Origin: Marispirochaeta sp.
Lineage (GTDB): Bacteria; Spirochaetota; Spirochaetia; JC444; Marispirochaetaceae
Reading direction: 5' to 3'
Length of the DNA: 64,000 bases
NCBI GenBank assembly: GCA_963676835.2
Contig: CAXXFF010000003.1
Location: 800,001 to 864,000 of the forward strand
Part shown: positions 52,001-60,369 of the stretch, piece by piece
How the letters are laid out: each line of letters starts with the position of its first letter
Numbering within the stretch: position 1 is the first letter of the stretch
Program-made: the position numbers and the translations under genes
The notes under the pieces: model-generated
Database searches by the model: none
Seen by the model: the letters and a program-made list of their open reading frames with translations, nothing else
What the model was told of the DNA's origin: nothing

Positions 52001-52241
52001 CTTTTCCCTCTTTAAGTTCCGCAAGAAATGACAGGCCGGATTCATGAGTTAGAATGTGTAGATCATCATCCTCATGCGTTGCTGAAAACTTCCAATTTCC
52101 TGTCTCTAAAGCCAACTGAGACAACGTACCAATAGGAGTCTTTTCTTTTACATAATAAAGAGGGTGTTCAAATTCTAGAGTCTCCTCGCGAATATTTTCT
52201 GACACATGAAACGAATCTTCCTGTATATTGGATTTCCTCAT
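49026..52241 (-). CDS. SF2 DEAH-box helicase with putative C-terminal PD-(D/E)xK-like nuclease
   Basis: LPTGTGKT, FDEAHH, TATP, QFIGRFTR. C-terminal ADIV...ELVHCKYS. Confidence 0.85.
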   Translation of the reverse strand: MRKSNIQEDSFHVSENIREETLEFEHPLYYVKEKTPIGTLSQLALETGNWKFSATHEDDDLHILTHESGLSFLAELKEGKGKNKGTYTIQGCVKHTASHGLSFFAGVNIQGVGDEGWKLRPAQLGATYALLAHWSLSNEVATVVLPTGTGKTETMLVATLADNANRTLVIIPTRDLKDQIAEKFMTWGILRKLGVIPKDALNPKVLVLDKTLPDTASIETLKTADVVVSTPALFARAHEDIKAKLPDIFSHVYFDEAHHVVAKEWDSIKGLFSGSKIVQFTATPYRNDRIPIEGKVVYNYPLSQAIEDDCFSKISLLTVDELHPKKKDRAIADVAMQRLREDRANGFTRHRIMVRVESRPKAETLFEKYKEWFPDETIVLIHSQTKNKKQLIQRIRNDEFTIVVCVEMLKEGFDYPNFKIAAVHGIHKSLSVLLQFIGRFTRTQQGLGDASFVVNYAEEKMSVELENLLQEGSGWEEVIKEIADAKKAEAESLLSFLQGCKPYAGFDSPDITLNPKLVYPALSCICYRCAKVDWRGFQDAFDLKKYALSQPYINTEENVFYFTSQKREKVKWARANEMRNQTWDLVVMHHDADSNILYIGFSEKRLDVEALVEAVTGTEPSPIKGDRVFRSFDSIKRLCIVHAGIFKPANHLHRYSRLSGADVTTELTKWKTGGRCDKSDFVGVGFRNGFPVSIGASVKGKIWSPARAGDLKEWKAWCLEIGAMVTDENIDSNLLLEDSAKKTNLEESYPDGITVLAADWADSLYDRIHKITLELPLEKTFLLAEASLNHTEIQDKSANFELKLIDESFSFSVVLGGEKGFSIEGLDDVNVSVEGLKSTAIPLKQFFQENPPTMFLLNGCTISGCVHTDYGDCDVQDIPSDRIKALSWDGVDYTVESYYKSSNPRDGSIQEYMMTRLVNSGAKIVFNDDNSGESADIVAIFMDDDEIRFELVHCKYSKAESGARLSDLYEVCGQAIVSLRYKWKPEEFIRHLERRDGTGVLKEKRFYHGNLDTLKQVSKALKYSNVSFEFAIAQPGVSVAALNADMKRLLGSVYSTVIEMTETKLKCYFSE

Positions 52242-52246
52242 TGATT

Positions 52247-53458
52247 TTACTCCTCAAAGGTTTTGACAATTTCCGGTTTTACCCTCCATTCGCCGGTAAG
52301 CATCTTCTGCATCAGGCCGCGCTTCTGGGTTTTGTATTTATCTGCGAGCTGTTTCAGCAGATCGATTTCGTATTGGCAAATGGACAGCGTTTCAGCAATT
52401 TCTTTCTGTTCTTCGAGGGGAGGAACTGGAATCTTGATGCTTAGGAAGTCTGGTATGCTTATCTGCTTCCCGTCCCGGATCCCGATGACAGCGAGGTTTA
52501 AGTACTTCTCAATGAAAATATAGGACTTGAAAAACAGCCGATAGAAGTCGCTATTCAATTCCATCTTTGGCCTCAACACCGTATATGCTAGGCTGATAAT
52601 CCCTTGGTAATTTGAGTACTCAATGCCTCCTTGGAAAGAACGAAGACTTATCGCAAAGTCACCTTGCTTGATGAGCTTGTAACTTGCAGTTGTCCCGTCT
52701 GGTGACATGACGCGACCTTCCAGCATGCTGCGAGGAATAACTCCACGGTCTTGAGTAACTGACAGAAGCTCTTCTTCGGGAAAGTTCTTTTCAGTTATCG
52801 TGTCGAACATTTTCTTCGGTTTTACATGGGACCAAGAATCGCACCTCTGGCTAATCAGTTTTTGAATCTGGCCCTTTAAGTTGGCTTCCTTCGCCTGAAT
52901 CAGTCGTTCAGTTTTCTCGATGGCCTCATCCCAAGAGGACAACAGATCGGCAATGGCTTTTTGTTCGGGAAGTGGGGGGATAACAAGTGTTAGCTTATCT
53001 AAAATTCCTTGATTGAGGTTCGAGATATTTGTACCACGACCATCCTTTACCAACTGCCTTTTTAATATACCTTTCTGCATCAATAAGCTAACATATCGAG
53101 AAGTTGTAAGAACTGAATGAATGCGAGCTCGAATACAAAAACCGCTGTATATTAGTAGTTTTGGAATGCACTCGATATGTAAACACCGTCCAACTAATTC
53201 CTTACTTCCATTAGAACGAACAAATACCAGATCCTCAGCCTCTAAAAAATTATCTTTAGAAGGCTGAGAGTTTAAATGGACACTTTTCAAGTCAATAGTA
53301 TCTTTCAGGCTAACTTTATCTTGAAAGTCTCCAACTCCTAGCATTTTAAGTTCAACACCTCTGTCAGATGCGCTGAAATTTGCACCATTTTTGAACTTAG
53401 CAATTTTGCCGAACTTAGTTTCAACCCATCCCAGAGGCAGAGGTTTCTTTGCTGTCAC
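52247..53458 (-). CDS. hsdS: Type I R-M specificity subunit with two TRDs
   Basis: PPLPEQKAIA..L and PPLEEQKEIA conserved regions, K.GLMQK.LTG. Confidence 0.95.
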   Translation of the reverse strand: MTAKKPLPLGWVETKFGKIAKFKNGANFSASDRGVELKMLGVGDFQDKVSLKDTIDLKSVHLNSQPSKDNFLEAEDLVFVRSNGSKELVGRCLHIECIPKLLIYSGFCIRARIHSVLTTSRYVSLLMQKGILKRQLVKDGRGTNISNLNQGILDKLTLVIPPLPEQKAIADLLSSWDEAIEKTERLIQAKEANLKGQIQKLISQRCDSWSHVKPKKMFDTITEKNFPEEELLSVTQDRGVIPRSMLEGRVMSPDGTTASYKLIKQGDFAISLRSFQGGIEYSNYQGIISLAYTVLRPKMELNSDFYRLFFKSYIFIEKYLNLAVIGIRDGKQISIPDFLSIKIPVPPLEEQKEIAETLSICQYEIDLLKQLADKYKTQKRGLMQKMLTGEWRVKPEIVKTFEE

Positions 53459-55020
53459 CGCTGAATCGCCTTGAGCTTCTCAGCCATCTTCACCCGCACC
53501 TCTGCCAGCTCTTTTTCAAGAGCATCAATCTCCACCTGTACCGCATCAATGTCGATCTCCTCTTCCTCTTCAAAGGTGTCCACATAGCGGGGGATATTGA
53601 GGTTGAAGTCGTTTTCCTTGATCTCGGCGAACTCAGCCACATGGGCGTACTTCTCTTCTTCCGCCCGGGCGGTGTAAGTCTCCATAATTCTATATAGATG
53701 ATCTTCCGAGAGGGTATTCTGATTCTTACCCGACACGAACTCGCGGCTGGCGTCGACAAAGAAGACGTTTTTACATTCTTCACGGACTCCGCCTTTTTCA
53801 CGGGAACGGTCAAAGACAAGAATCGCTACCGGAATGTTGGTGGTCGGGAACAGGTTGCCAGGCAGGCCGATCACGGCATCCAGCAGATTTTCCTCTATCA
53901 TTTTCTGGCGGATACGGCCTTCGGCTGCGCCCCGGAACAAGACGCCATGGGGCACCACCACGGCAACGCGGCCTTGCTTTTCAAGGGCGGTTTCCACCAT
54001 GTGGCTGATAAAGGCCCAGTCGCCTTTGCTCTTGGGCGGCACCCCGCGCCAGAAGCGATTGTACTGATCACTCTCGGCATTTTCGGCACCCCATTTGTCC
54101 AGTGAAAAAGGCGGATTGGCCACCACACAATTGAATTTCATCAGTCGATCGTTTTCAACCAGCAGCGGACTGTTCAGGGTGTCGCACCATTCCACCCGGG
54201 CGCTGTCAAAGCTGTGCAGGAACATATTCATCCGGCAGAGCGCCCATGTGCTTCCGTTGGATTCCTGCCCAAAGAGGGCAAAATTTCGGTCGCCTACATG
54301 TTTACCGGCCTGAATTAAAAGCCCACCTGATCCACATGCCGGGTCACAGATGCGATCGCCCGGTTTGGGCCCTGCCAGCCTGGCCACCAGTTCGGTCACC
54401 TTCAGCGGAGTAAAGAACTCTCCGGCCTTCTTTCCGGAGTCGGAGGCGAAGCGCTCAATCAAGTAAATGTAGGTATTACCGATCACATCCTCGGAAACGG
54501 CGCTGGGCTTCATGTTGAGTTGTGGTTTGTGAAAATCTTCCAGTAGAGTTTTGAGTCGACGATTGCGGTCCCTGGTTTTGCCGAGGTTGGCCTCACTGTT
54601 AAAGTCGATATTACGGAAAACCCCTTCGAGTTTGCTTTTGTTGCTCTCTTCAATATGATCGAGGACAATATTGATCAGCTCACCGATGTTGGCGGCAGAC
54701 CGGCGTTCATAGAGGCTGTAATAGGTAGCGGGGAATTCATCCAGAACCGTTTCTTCACCGGTTTCGTCATTCTTTTCAGAGAGCTTTACCACCGGGAGAA
54801 CAAAACGTTCACGCTCAAGCTTACGGCGGATACGAATATCATCGTCGCCATACTGCTTCTGATACTCTTCGTAGTGGTCCTGCCATACATCTGAGATGTA
54901 TTTTAAAAACAGCATCACGAGGATATAGTCTTTGTACTGCGCCGGGTCAACTACGCCTCGGAAGGTGTCACACGCCGCCCATGCCGCGTTGTTGATGTCT
55001 TTCTGATCAATCTTGTTCAT
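53455..55020 (-). CDS. hsdM: Type I R-M N6-adenine methyltransferase
   Basis: GEFFTP, DPACGSGGLL, ANPPF, PHGVLFRG, NLNIPRYV. Confidence 0.97.
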   Translation of the reverse strand: MNKIDQKDINNAAWAACDTFRGVVDPAQYKDYILVMLFLKYISDVWQDHYEEYQKQYGDDDIRIRRKLERERFVLPVVKLSEKNDETGEETVLDEFPATYYSLYERRSAANIGELINIVLDHIEESNKSKLEGVFRNIDFNSEANLGKTRDRNRRLKTLLEDFHKPQLNMKPSAVSEDVIGNTYIYLIERFASDSGKKAGEFFTPLKVTELVARLAGPKPGDRICDPACGSGGLLIQAGKHVGDRNFALFGQESNGSTWALCRMNMFLHSFDSARVEWCDTLNSPLLVENDRLMKFNCVVANPPFSLDKWGAENAESDQYNRFWRGVPPKSKGDWAFISHMVETALEKQGRVAVVVPHGVLFRGAAEGRIRQKMIEENLLDAVIGLPGNLFPTTNIPVAILVFDRSREKGGVREECKNVFFVDASREFVSGKNQNTLSEDHLYRIMETYTARAEEEKYAHVAEFAEIKENDFNLNIPRYVDTFEEEEEIDIDAVQVEIDALEKELAEVRVKMAEKLKAIQR

Positions 55021-55342
55021 TATGTTCTCCTGTTTGCTGTAGTTTTTTGATGCCCGGGCTTCCCACGAGAGAAGTCAGCTGCTCTATGGCCATCTTGTTG
55101 AGAAGATCTGCCTCATGCTTAAAGGAGTCGAAATCGACCCTTTTAAAATCAGGGTTATTCAACTGCTCCCATAAACCGAGGAACTCAATGGTGCTTCTGT
55201 TCCGCATCCAGTTTTTGACAACATCCTTGGGCTCATCAGGGTTCTTATATCGGGCAATGTCGGTTAAGGAGATGTAATCATTTTCGTCGCCTTTGGAGAT
55301 AACAGTTATTTCTGTGCCATTGGCATTTATAGATGCTCTCAT
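55007..55342 (-). pseudogene. KilA-N-domain protein with apparent in-frame internal deletion
   Basis: YISLTDIA..K...NWMR...TIEFLGLWEQLNNPDF joined directly to the family's C-terminal LN.MAI.QL.SL helix. Only 111 aa. Confidence 0.65.
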
Positions 55343-55923
55343 TTTGTATCTCCTTTTGCAACTTTCATAAGTACAGCACCGATGTACTGCTCTCGTTTAA
55401 TTGATAAGGTGTTCAGCAGGAACTGCTCACGAGCGGATAAATTAGCGATCTCTACTATCGAACGTTGCTGCTCTAAACTCGGAAGAACAACCTCCAGTTC
55501 TTCAACGGCATGTTTGCTGATCATCTTCTGAACAGTACCCTTGGCACGACTGGTTAAAAATATCTGAGCCTCACGTTGACTGATATACCAGTTCAAATAC
55601 TCAGGCAAAACCTTTTCAAGTTTTGTCACCCTAATCCTTAATAAAGGAGCGGCGACAACCGCCATTCCCGGGTCTTTAAGGAGAACCGCCGCCGTGTTTA
55701 CCTGTCCACGAGACCGAAATACCAGATCACCTCTTTGTGCGAGATGGTGATCTTTTATACCTTCCATATCGATTCTGACCAAATCATCACAATTCACAGT
55801 GTTATCATCCAGAAGGTCTTTCATCTGTATAACAGCGACTCTCCCACCTTCAATTGTCTCAAGGCGGGATCTGAATGAATATCCCATCTGTACAGTAGCC
55901 ACGCTTTTTAACTTAACCAGCAA
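55339..55923 (-). CDS. Half-size (single-TRD) HsdS-like subunit
   Basis: GDLVFRSRG, PEYLNWY, LPSLEQQRSI. 194 aa, upstream of hsdM. Confidence 0.82.
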   Translation of the reverse strand: MLVKLKSVATVQMGYSFRSRLETIEGGRVAVIQMKDLLDDNTVNCDDLVRIDMEGIKDHHLAQRGDLVFRSRGQVNTAAVLLKDPGMAVVAAPLLRIRVTKLEKVLPEYLNWYISQREAQIFLTSRAKGTVQKMISKHAVEELEVVLPSLEQQRSIVEIANLSAREQFLLNTLSIKREQYIGAVLMKVAKGDTK

Positions 55924-55945
55924 AGCTCCCCCCTTCTCATTAAAT

Positions 55946-56025
55946 TACAGTAACACCATTTCTGCACATAGTACACATTTTCAACATTAAAATCAAGCAA
56001 ATAATACAGTATCACCATTTCTGCA
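55946..56025 (-). promoter_or_regulatory. Island operon promoter bracketed by two 21-bp direct repeats
   Basis: Minus-strand TTGATT-17-TACTAT (55996-55968). TACAGTAWCACCATTTCTGCA at 55946 and 56005. Confidence 0.65.
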
Positions 56026-56147
56026 TTCTATAAAATGCAATAACAGCTGCGAAAGCTGGATATTTAGGGTGCCTGTATACAGAAAGAGGTAGAAAAATAG
56101 GATTTCGTTCTACTCAGTATGTAATGCCTTAAATGAAAGCTTAAAAC

Positions 56148-56168
56148 GACTGCCGGACAAGGGATTGC
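56148..56168 (+). repeat. 21-bp direct repeat, right island boundary
   Basis: GACTGCCGGACAAGGGATTGC, identical to 43330..43350. Confidence 0.92.
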
Positions 56169-56260
56169 AGCGGTACCCCGCAGGCCCTCTCCTTTTGTTA
56201 AAAGGTGAGGGGCGAGGAGTTTTAGCGGAAAGCCCGGTGCCGCGGCAGCGGCATGGCCCC
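56158..56260 (+). ncRNA. Structured element resembling the Flavo-1 RNA motif
   Basis: GGGATTGCAGCGG...internal hairpin...TAGCGGAAAGCCC, then TGCCGC-GGCA-GCGGCA hairpin. Resemblance is from recall only. Confidence 0.5.
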
Positions 56261-56333
56261 GAAGAGAACAAAGGTAATGCAGTATGCCCCTGAAAAAGAT
56301 TCAGGGACAAAAGCACGGACAAAAGAAGAGGAA

Positions 56334-57170
56334 TCAGCCCTTTACAGCTCCGGCGGTCATTCCGGAGATAAGCTGCCGCTGAATGAAGAAGAAGAGGATG
56401 ATAACCGGCAGGGCGCTTAGAACGCCTCCGGCGGTAAGGAGGCCCCACTCTATCTGGTACTCACCGATCATGTTCTGCAGGGCAACGGGAATGGTGCGCA
56501 CCCGGGTATTGGTAAGGATGGCGGCGTAGAGATACTCGTTCCAGGCGGTGATAAATACGTAGATTCCGGTGGAAAAGATACCCGGCATGGCCACCGGCAG
56601 AACAACCCGGATAAGAGCGCCCATGCGGGAACAGCCGTCGATCATGGCGGCTTTGTCCAGGTCGATGGGGATGGCGTTGAAGAAGCTGGTCAGCATCCAG
56701 GTGGAAAAGGGGATGGTGAAGGTTGAATACGCCAGGATCAGGGCGCCGTAGGTATCCATTATGTGCAGCACCTTCATCATGATGAACAGGGGTATGATGA
56801 GGAGCATGATGGGAAACATGTTGATTACCAGAAACTGCATGAGGAGATATTTGCGGCCGAAAAAGCGGAAGCGGGAGAAGGCGTAGCTTGCGGGAACGGT
56901 AAGAAAAAGCCCGACAATGGCGGTAAAAAAGGCGACCATAAAGCTGTCGAACATGTTCCAGGCGAAATTGAGTTTACTGAAAAGGCGTACATAGTTTTCC
57001 ATGGTGGGGTGTTCCGGAAAGAAGCGGAACTCCGCGCGGTAGAGCTCTTTTTCCATGGTTATGGATGAGATAAAGGTCCAGAGGTAGGGTCCCAATGCAA
57101 AGACCAGCACCAGCAGGACCGGAAGATAAACAGTCAGAAGCCGTTTGGCTTTTTTTCCCGGGAAGCTCAT
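56334..57170 (-). CDS. Carbohydrate ABC transporter permease (MalG-like)
   Basis: AYAFSR, AA.IDG.S EAA-like loop, AWNEYL, G...GAVKG. Confidence 0.93.
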   Translation of the reverse strand: MSFPGKKAKRLLTVYLPVLLVLVFALGPYLWTFISSITMEKELYRAEFRFFPEHPTMENYVRLFSKLNFAWNMFDSFMVAFFTAIVGLFLTVPASYAFSRFRFFGRKYLLMQFLVINMFPIMLLIIPLFIMMKVLHIMDTYGALILAYSTFTIPFSTWMLTSFFNAIPIDLDKAAMIDGCSRMGALIRVVLPVAMPGIFSTGIYVFITAWNEYLYAAILTNTRVRTIPVALQNMIGEYQIEWGLLTAGGVLSALPVIILFFFIQRQLISGMTAGAVKG

Positions 57171-58058
57171 CTATTTATCCTCCTTGAGGATGCTGCGTAT
57201 ATAGCCTGCCACAAAAATCATAAGGAAGACAGTGAGGATTACCGCCAGGGTGGAGGCGTAACCGAAATCCATGCCGCCTTTATAGGCCTTAACATAGGAG
57301 TAGACCGGCAGGGTGTATGTGCTGTAGCCCGGGCCTCCGCCGGTCATTATCAGGATAATATCCAGAGAGTTGGCCACCCAGATGGTTCTGAGCAGGATGG
57401 TGGTAAGGATAACCGGCTTGAGCATGGGCACCGTGATGGTCCAGAAGGCGGCGACCTTGCCGGCGCCGTCTATTTCCGCCGCCTCGTAGAGTTCCGAGGG
57501 AATTGCCTGCAGGCCCGCCAGCAGCATGACCGCGAAGAAGGGGAATCCCTGCCAGATAAGGGCCACTATTATAGACCCCAGGGCCGTGGAGCCTTGAGCA
57601 AGGAAGGGAATAAACTGATCAACCAGACCGAGGCGGGAGAGTATCTGGTTTATCAGTCCGTAGTTGCCGTCGTACATCCATCGCCACATAAGGGCGGTGA
57701 TAACCGACGGGGTTATCCAGGGTATGAGCATGAGTGACCGGGCAATACCCCGTCCGATAAAGACCTGATTAAAAAGCAGCGCGGCGGCAAAGCCGACGAG
57801 AAACTGCAGGGAGATTATGCTGACAATCCATATGACCGTTTTTGCAAGAGATGCGTAAAAAAGAGGGTCTGTAAACAGCTGGGCGTAATTTGCCAGACCG
57901 ATGAAACCGTGCTCCTGGGGTTTGTAGAGAATATAGTGGCTGAAGCTGTAGACGATTGTTCTGAACATGGGAAAAAAGACAATCATCATGGTCATAAGCA
58001 TAGCCGGGGAGACCAGCAGGTAGGGAAAGGGATCTAAACGGCGGCGCAGCTGTGGCAC
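57171..58058 (-). CDS. Carbohydrate ABC transporter permease (MalF-like)
   Basis: FIGLANY, LYEAAEIDGA, MTGGGP. GTG at 58058 follows an AGGAG RBS. Confidence 0.92.
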   Translation of the reverse strand: MPQLRRRLDPFPYLLVSPAMLMTMMIVFFPMFRTIVYSFSHYILYKPQEHGFIGLANYAQLFTDPLFYASLAKTVIWIVSIISLQFLVGFAAALLFNQVFIGRGIARSLMLIPWITPSVITALMWRWMYDGNYGLINQILSRLGLVDQFIPFLAQGSTALGSIIVALIWQGFPFFAVMLLAGLQAIPSELYEAAEIDGAGKVAAFWTITVPMLKPVILTTILLRTIWVANSLDIILIMTGGGPGYSTYTLPVYSYVKAYKGGMDFGYASTLAVILTVFLMIFVAGYIRSILKEDK

Positions 58059-58158
58059 TTCTTTTCTCCTTCTTTTCTGTGCAGCGCAGTAAACAGGGGC
58101 GGCAGAAGCCGCCCCCTGCAATTTGCTTTACTGTTACTATACCCTATTTTGCCGGGTT

Positions 58159-59400
58159 TTAATCGGCAAAATGGTCGGCAATTTTCTGCATCATCTCTGC
58201 AGAGGTGATTTCTCCGGCAAAAGCCTGCTGCATAAGAGCCGGCCAGAGGGATTCTACAAACTCGGCGGTTCCTGCATGGGCGGGAAGAACACCGGCGAAG
58301 TCGGCAGAATCGGTGGTGGCTTTAAGGAAACGGTCCGCATCGGCGGAGGCGTTGCTCTTGTTGATGGAAACCTGGCCGGAAGATTTCTGCCAGATGGCAT
58401 TATTCTCGGCGGTTGCCAGGAATGCTGCCCACTTGAATGCTGCATCGGGCACTTTTGTTGCAGCAAATACGGCATTCTCTTCATCTCCAAAGGAGGTCCA
58501 GGCGCCTTTTGTTCCCATGGGTACCGGGGCTGCGGAGATTTTATCTCCCAGGGCTTCCTGCATCTGTGCTGCGCTTCCAAGGTGATGGATGGTCATGGCA
58601 GTGCGTCCGGAGATCATATTGGCAATGATTTCCTTGAATCCGTCGGAAGGAGTTGTGGGAGGACTGACTTTGTATTTGCGGTAGAGGTCAATAAACCACT
58701 GGTTGGCCGCAACTGCTTCCGCTGAGGTCAGTCCGCCGGGTTTATCGAAGGATGCGCCGGATGAAAGCACGAAGGTTCCCCACCAGTCGTGACCGCCCCG
58801 GGCGCCGCGGATACCGAATCCGTATACGTCGGGGGTTCCGTCGCCGTTGGTGTCACGGGTAAGCTTCTGGGCTACATCAAGGAATTCCGCCCGGGTTTTG
58901 GGAGGCTTCAGGCCCAGTTCATTGAACATGTCCGTGCGGTAGTAAAGATACAGGATTACCATCTGCAGCGGCATGTAGTACTGATGGCCGTCTTTGTATT
59001 TGGTAAGATCCCAGATCTTGTCGTATACATCATTTTTTCCCGACCAGCTTGATATGTAGCTGTCCAGAGGAAGCAGGGCATTCATCTCTACCAGCTGAGG
59101 CTGCCACCAGAGCTTTACCTGGGCAACATCGGGCGGATAGCCGCCGGCAACTGCGGTAAGAAGCTTCTGGTTGTAGGTGTCCCAGGCAACCCGTTCCGCT
59201 TCAATTTTGATACCGGGATTTTCGGCCTCGAACTTCTCGATCAGCGGATTGAGGGCTGTTTCGGGGTCATCGAAATGGTACCAGAACTTCACAACCTGAG
59301 TTTCTCCTCCAGAGGTTTCGGTTCCTTCGCTGCGTCCGCCGGCAAACAGAGCCGTACTGACGATTACAAGAATCAGCACCAGAATACAGGATTTTTTCAT
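58159..59400 (-). CDS. Carbohydrate ABC transporter substrate-binding protein
   Basis: Signal peptide, FEAENPGIKI, PPDV, LYYRTDMF, DTNGDG motif. Confidence 0.92.
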   Translation of the reverse strand: MKKSCILVLILVIVSTALFAGGRSEGTETSGGETQVVKFWYHFDDPETALNPLIEKFEAENPGIKIEAERVAWDTYNQKLLTAVAGGYPPDVAQVKLWWQPQLVEMNALLPLDSYISSWSGKNDVYDKIWDLTKYKDGHQYYMPLQMVILYLYYRTDMFNELGLKPPKTRAEFLDVAQKLTRDTNGDGTPDVYGFGIRGARGGHDWWGTFVLSSGASFDKPGGLTSAEAVAANQWFIDLYRKYKVSPPTTPSDGFKEIIANMISGRTAMTIHHLGSAAQMQEALGDKISAAPVPMGTKGAWTSFGDEENAVFAATKVPDAAFKWAAFLATAENNAIWQKSSGQVSINKSNASADADRFLKATTDSADFAGVLPAHAGTAEFVESLWPALMQQAFAGEITSAEMMQKIADHFAD

Positions 59401-59409
59401 AAATCCCTC

Positions 59410-60369
59410 CTATTTTTTTTTCAGGACAAGCCTGACGTTCTCAACGATATCTGATGCGGTAAGTCCATATTTCTGTAAAATTTCCGCAGGTTCACCGGAT
59501 TCTCCAAAGGTATCCCGGACTCCCACCATGGAGAGAGGAACAGGATATTCCCTGATAAGCACCTCTGCACAGGCACTGCCCAGACCGCCGATAACGGTAT
59601 GCTCTTCGGCGCTTACCAGACAGCCGCACTCCTTTGCCGCCTGTATAAGGGTCGCTTCATCCAGGGGCTTAAGGGTATGCATATTGATTACTCTGACGTC
59701 CACTCCTTCCTTTGACAGGGTTTCCGCCGCCTCCAGGGCTGCGGCGACCATCATGCCTGTTGCCACCACCGCAGCATCCTTTCCAGGACGCAGAACACTC
59801 GCTTTTCCGACGGTAAAATCATCGTTCCCGGAGGTTATCACCGGTGTGGGTATCCGCCCCAGACGCAGATACACCGGGCCTTCAATCTCTGCAGCGGCAA
59901 TGGTGGCCCGGTAGGCTTCATTGGCATCGCAGGGAACAAGAACGGTCATGTTGGGAAGAAGCCGCATAAGACCGATATCCTCAAAACTCTGATGGGTGGC
60001 GCCGTCGGCTCCCACACACATGCCGCCGTGACTGGTGGCTATTTTAATATTGGCATTGTTATAGGCCGCCGACACCCGGATAGGCTGATTAGCCAGGCTG
60101 GTTGCAAAAACCGCAAAAGTAGTGGCAAAGGGAATAAGTCCGTCAATTGCCATTCCTGCGGCGGTTCCGATCATATCTGACTCTTTGATCCCCATCTGGA
60201 AGAAGCGTTCGGGAAACTCCCGGCCGAAACCTCCGACCTTTACTGCATCGGCGAGGTCTGCGGTAAGGGCAACTACCCTGCTGTTCTTCCTTCCAAGATC
60301 GATGAGGGCATCTCCGAAGGCATCCCGCATTGCTTTATTTCCGCTGTATGCTGTCATTTTTACTTTCAT
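59410..60369 (-). CDS. Transketolase C-terminal (pyrimidine-binding) subunit
   Basis: FPERF..GI.E, DGATHQ, YLRLGR, EEH..IGGLG. Confidence 0.93.
   Translation of the reverse strand: MKVKMTAYSGNKAMRDAFGDALIDLGRKNSRVVALTADLADAVKVGGFGREFPERFFQMGIKESDMIGTAAGMAIDGLIPFATTFAVFATSLANQPIRVSAAYNNANIKIATSHGGMCVGADGATHQSFEDIGLMRLLPNMTVLVPCDANEAYRATIAAAEIEGPVYLRLGRIPTPVITSGNDDFTVGKASVLRPGKDAAVVATGMMVAAALEAAETLSKEGVDVRVINMHTLKPLDEATLIQAAKECGCLVSAEEHTVIGGLGSACAEVLIREYPVPLSMVGVRDTFGESGEPAEILQKYGLTASDIVENVRLVLKKK

Larger units (their letters stand above)
43330..56168. mobile_element. Type I R-M defence island bounded by direct repeats, no integrase
   Basis: Identical 21-mers enclose exactly the hsd-related genes, all on the minus strand. 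Confidence 0.7.

Noticed and set aside
56110..56448. 112-aa minus-strand ORF
   Set aside because: Overlaps the permease end out of frame and runs through the structured element. Composition is not protein-like.
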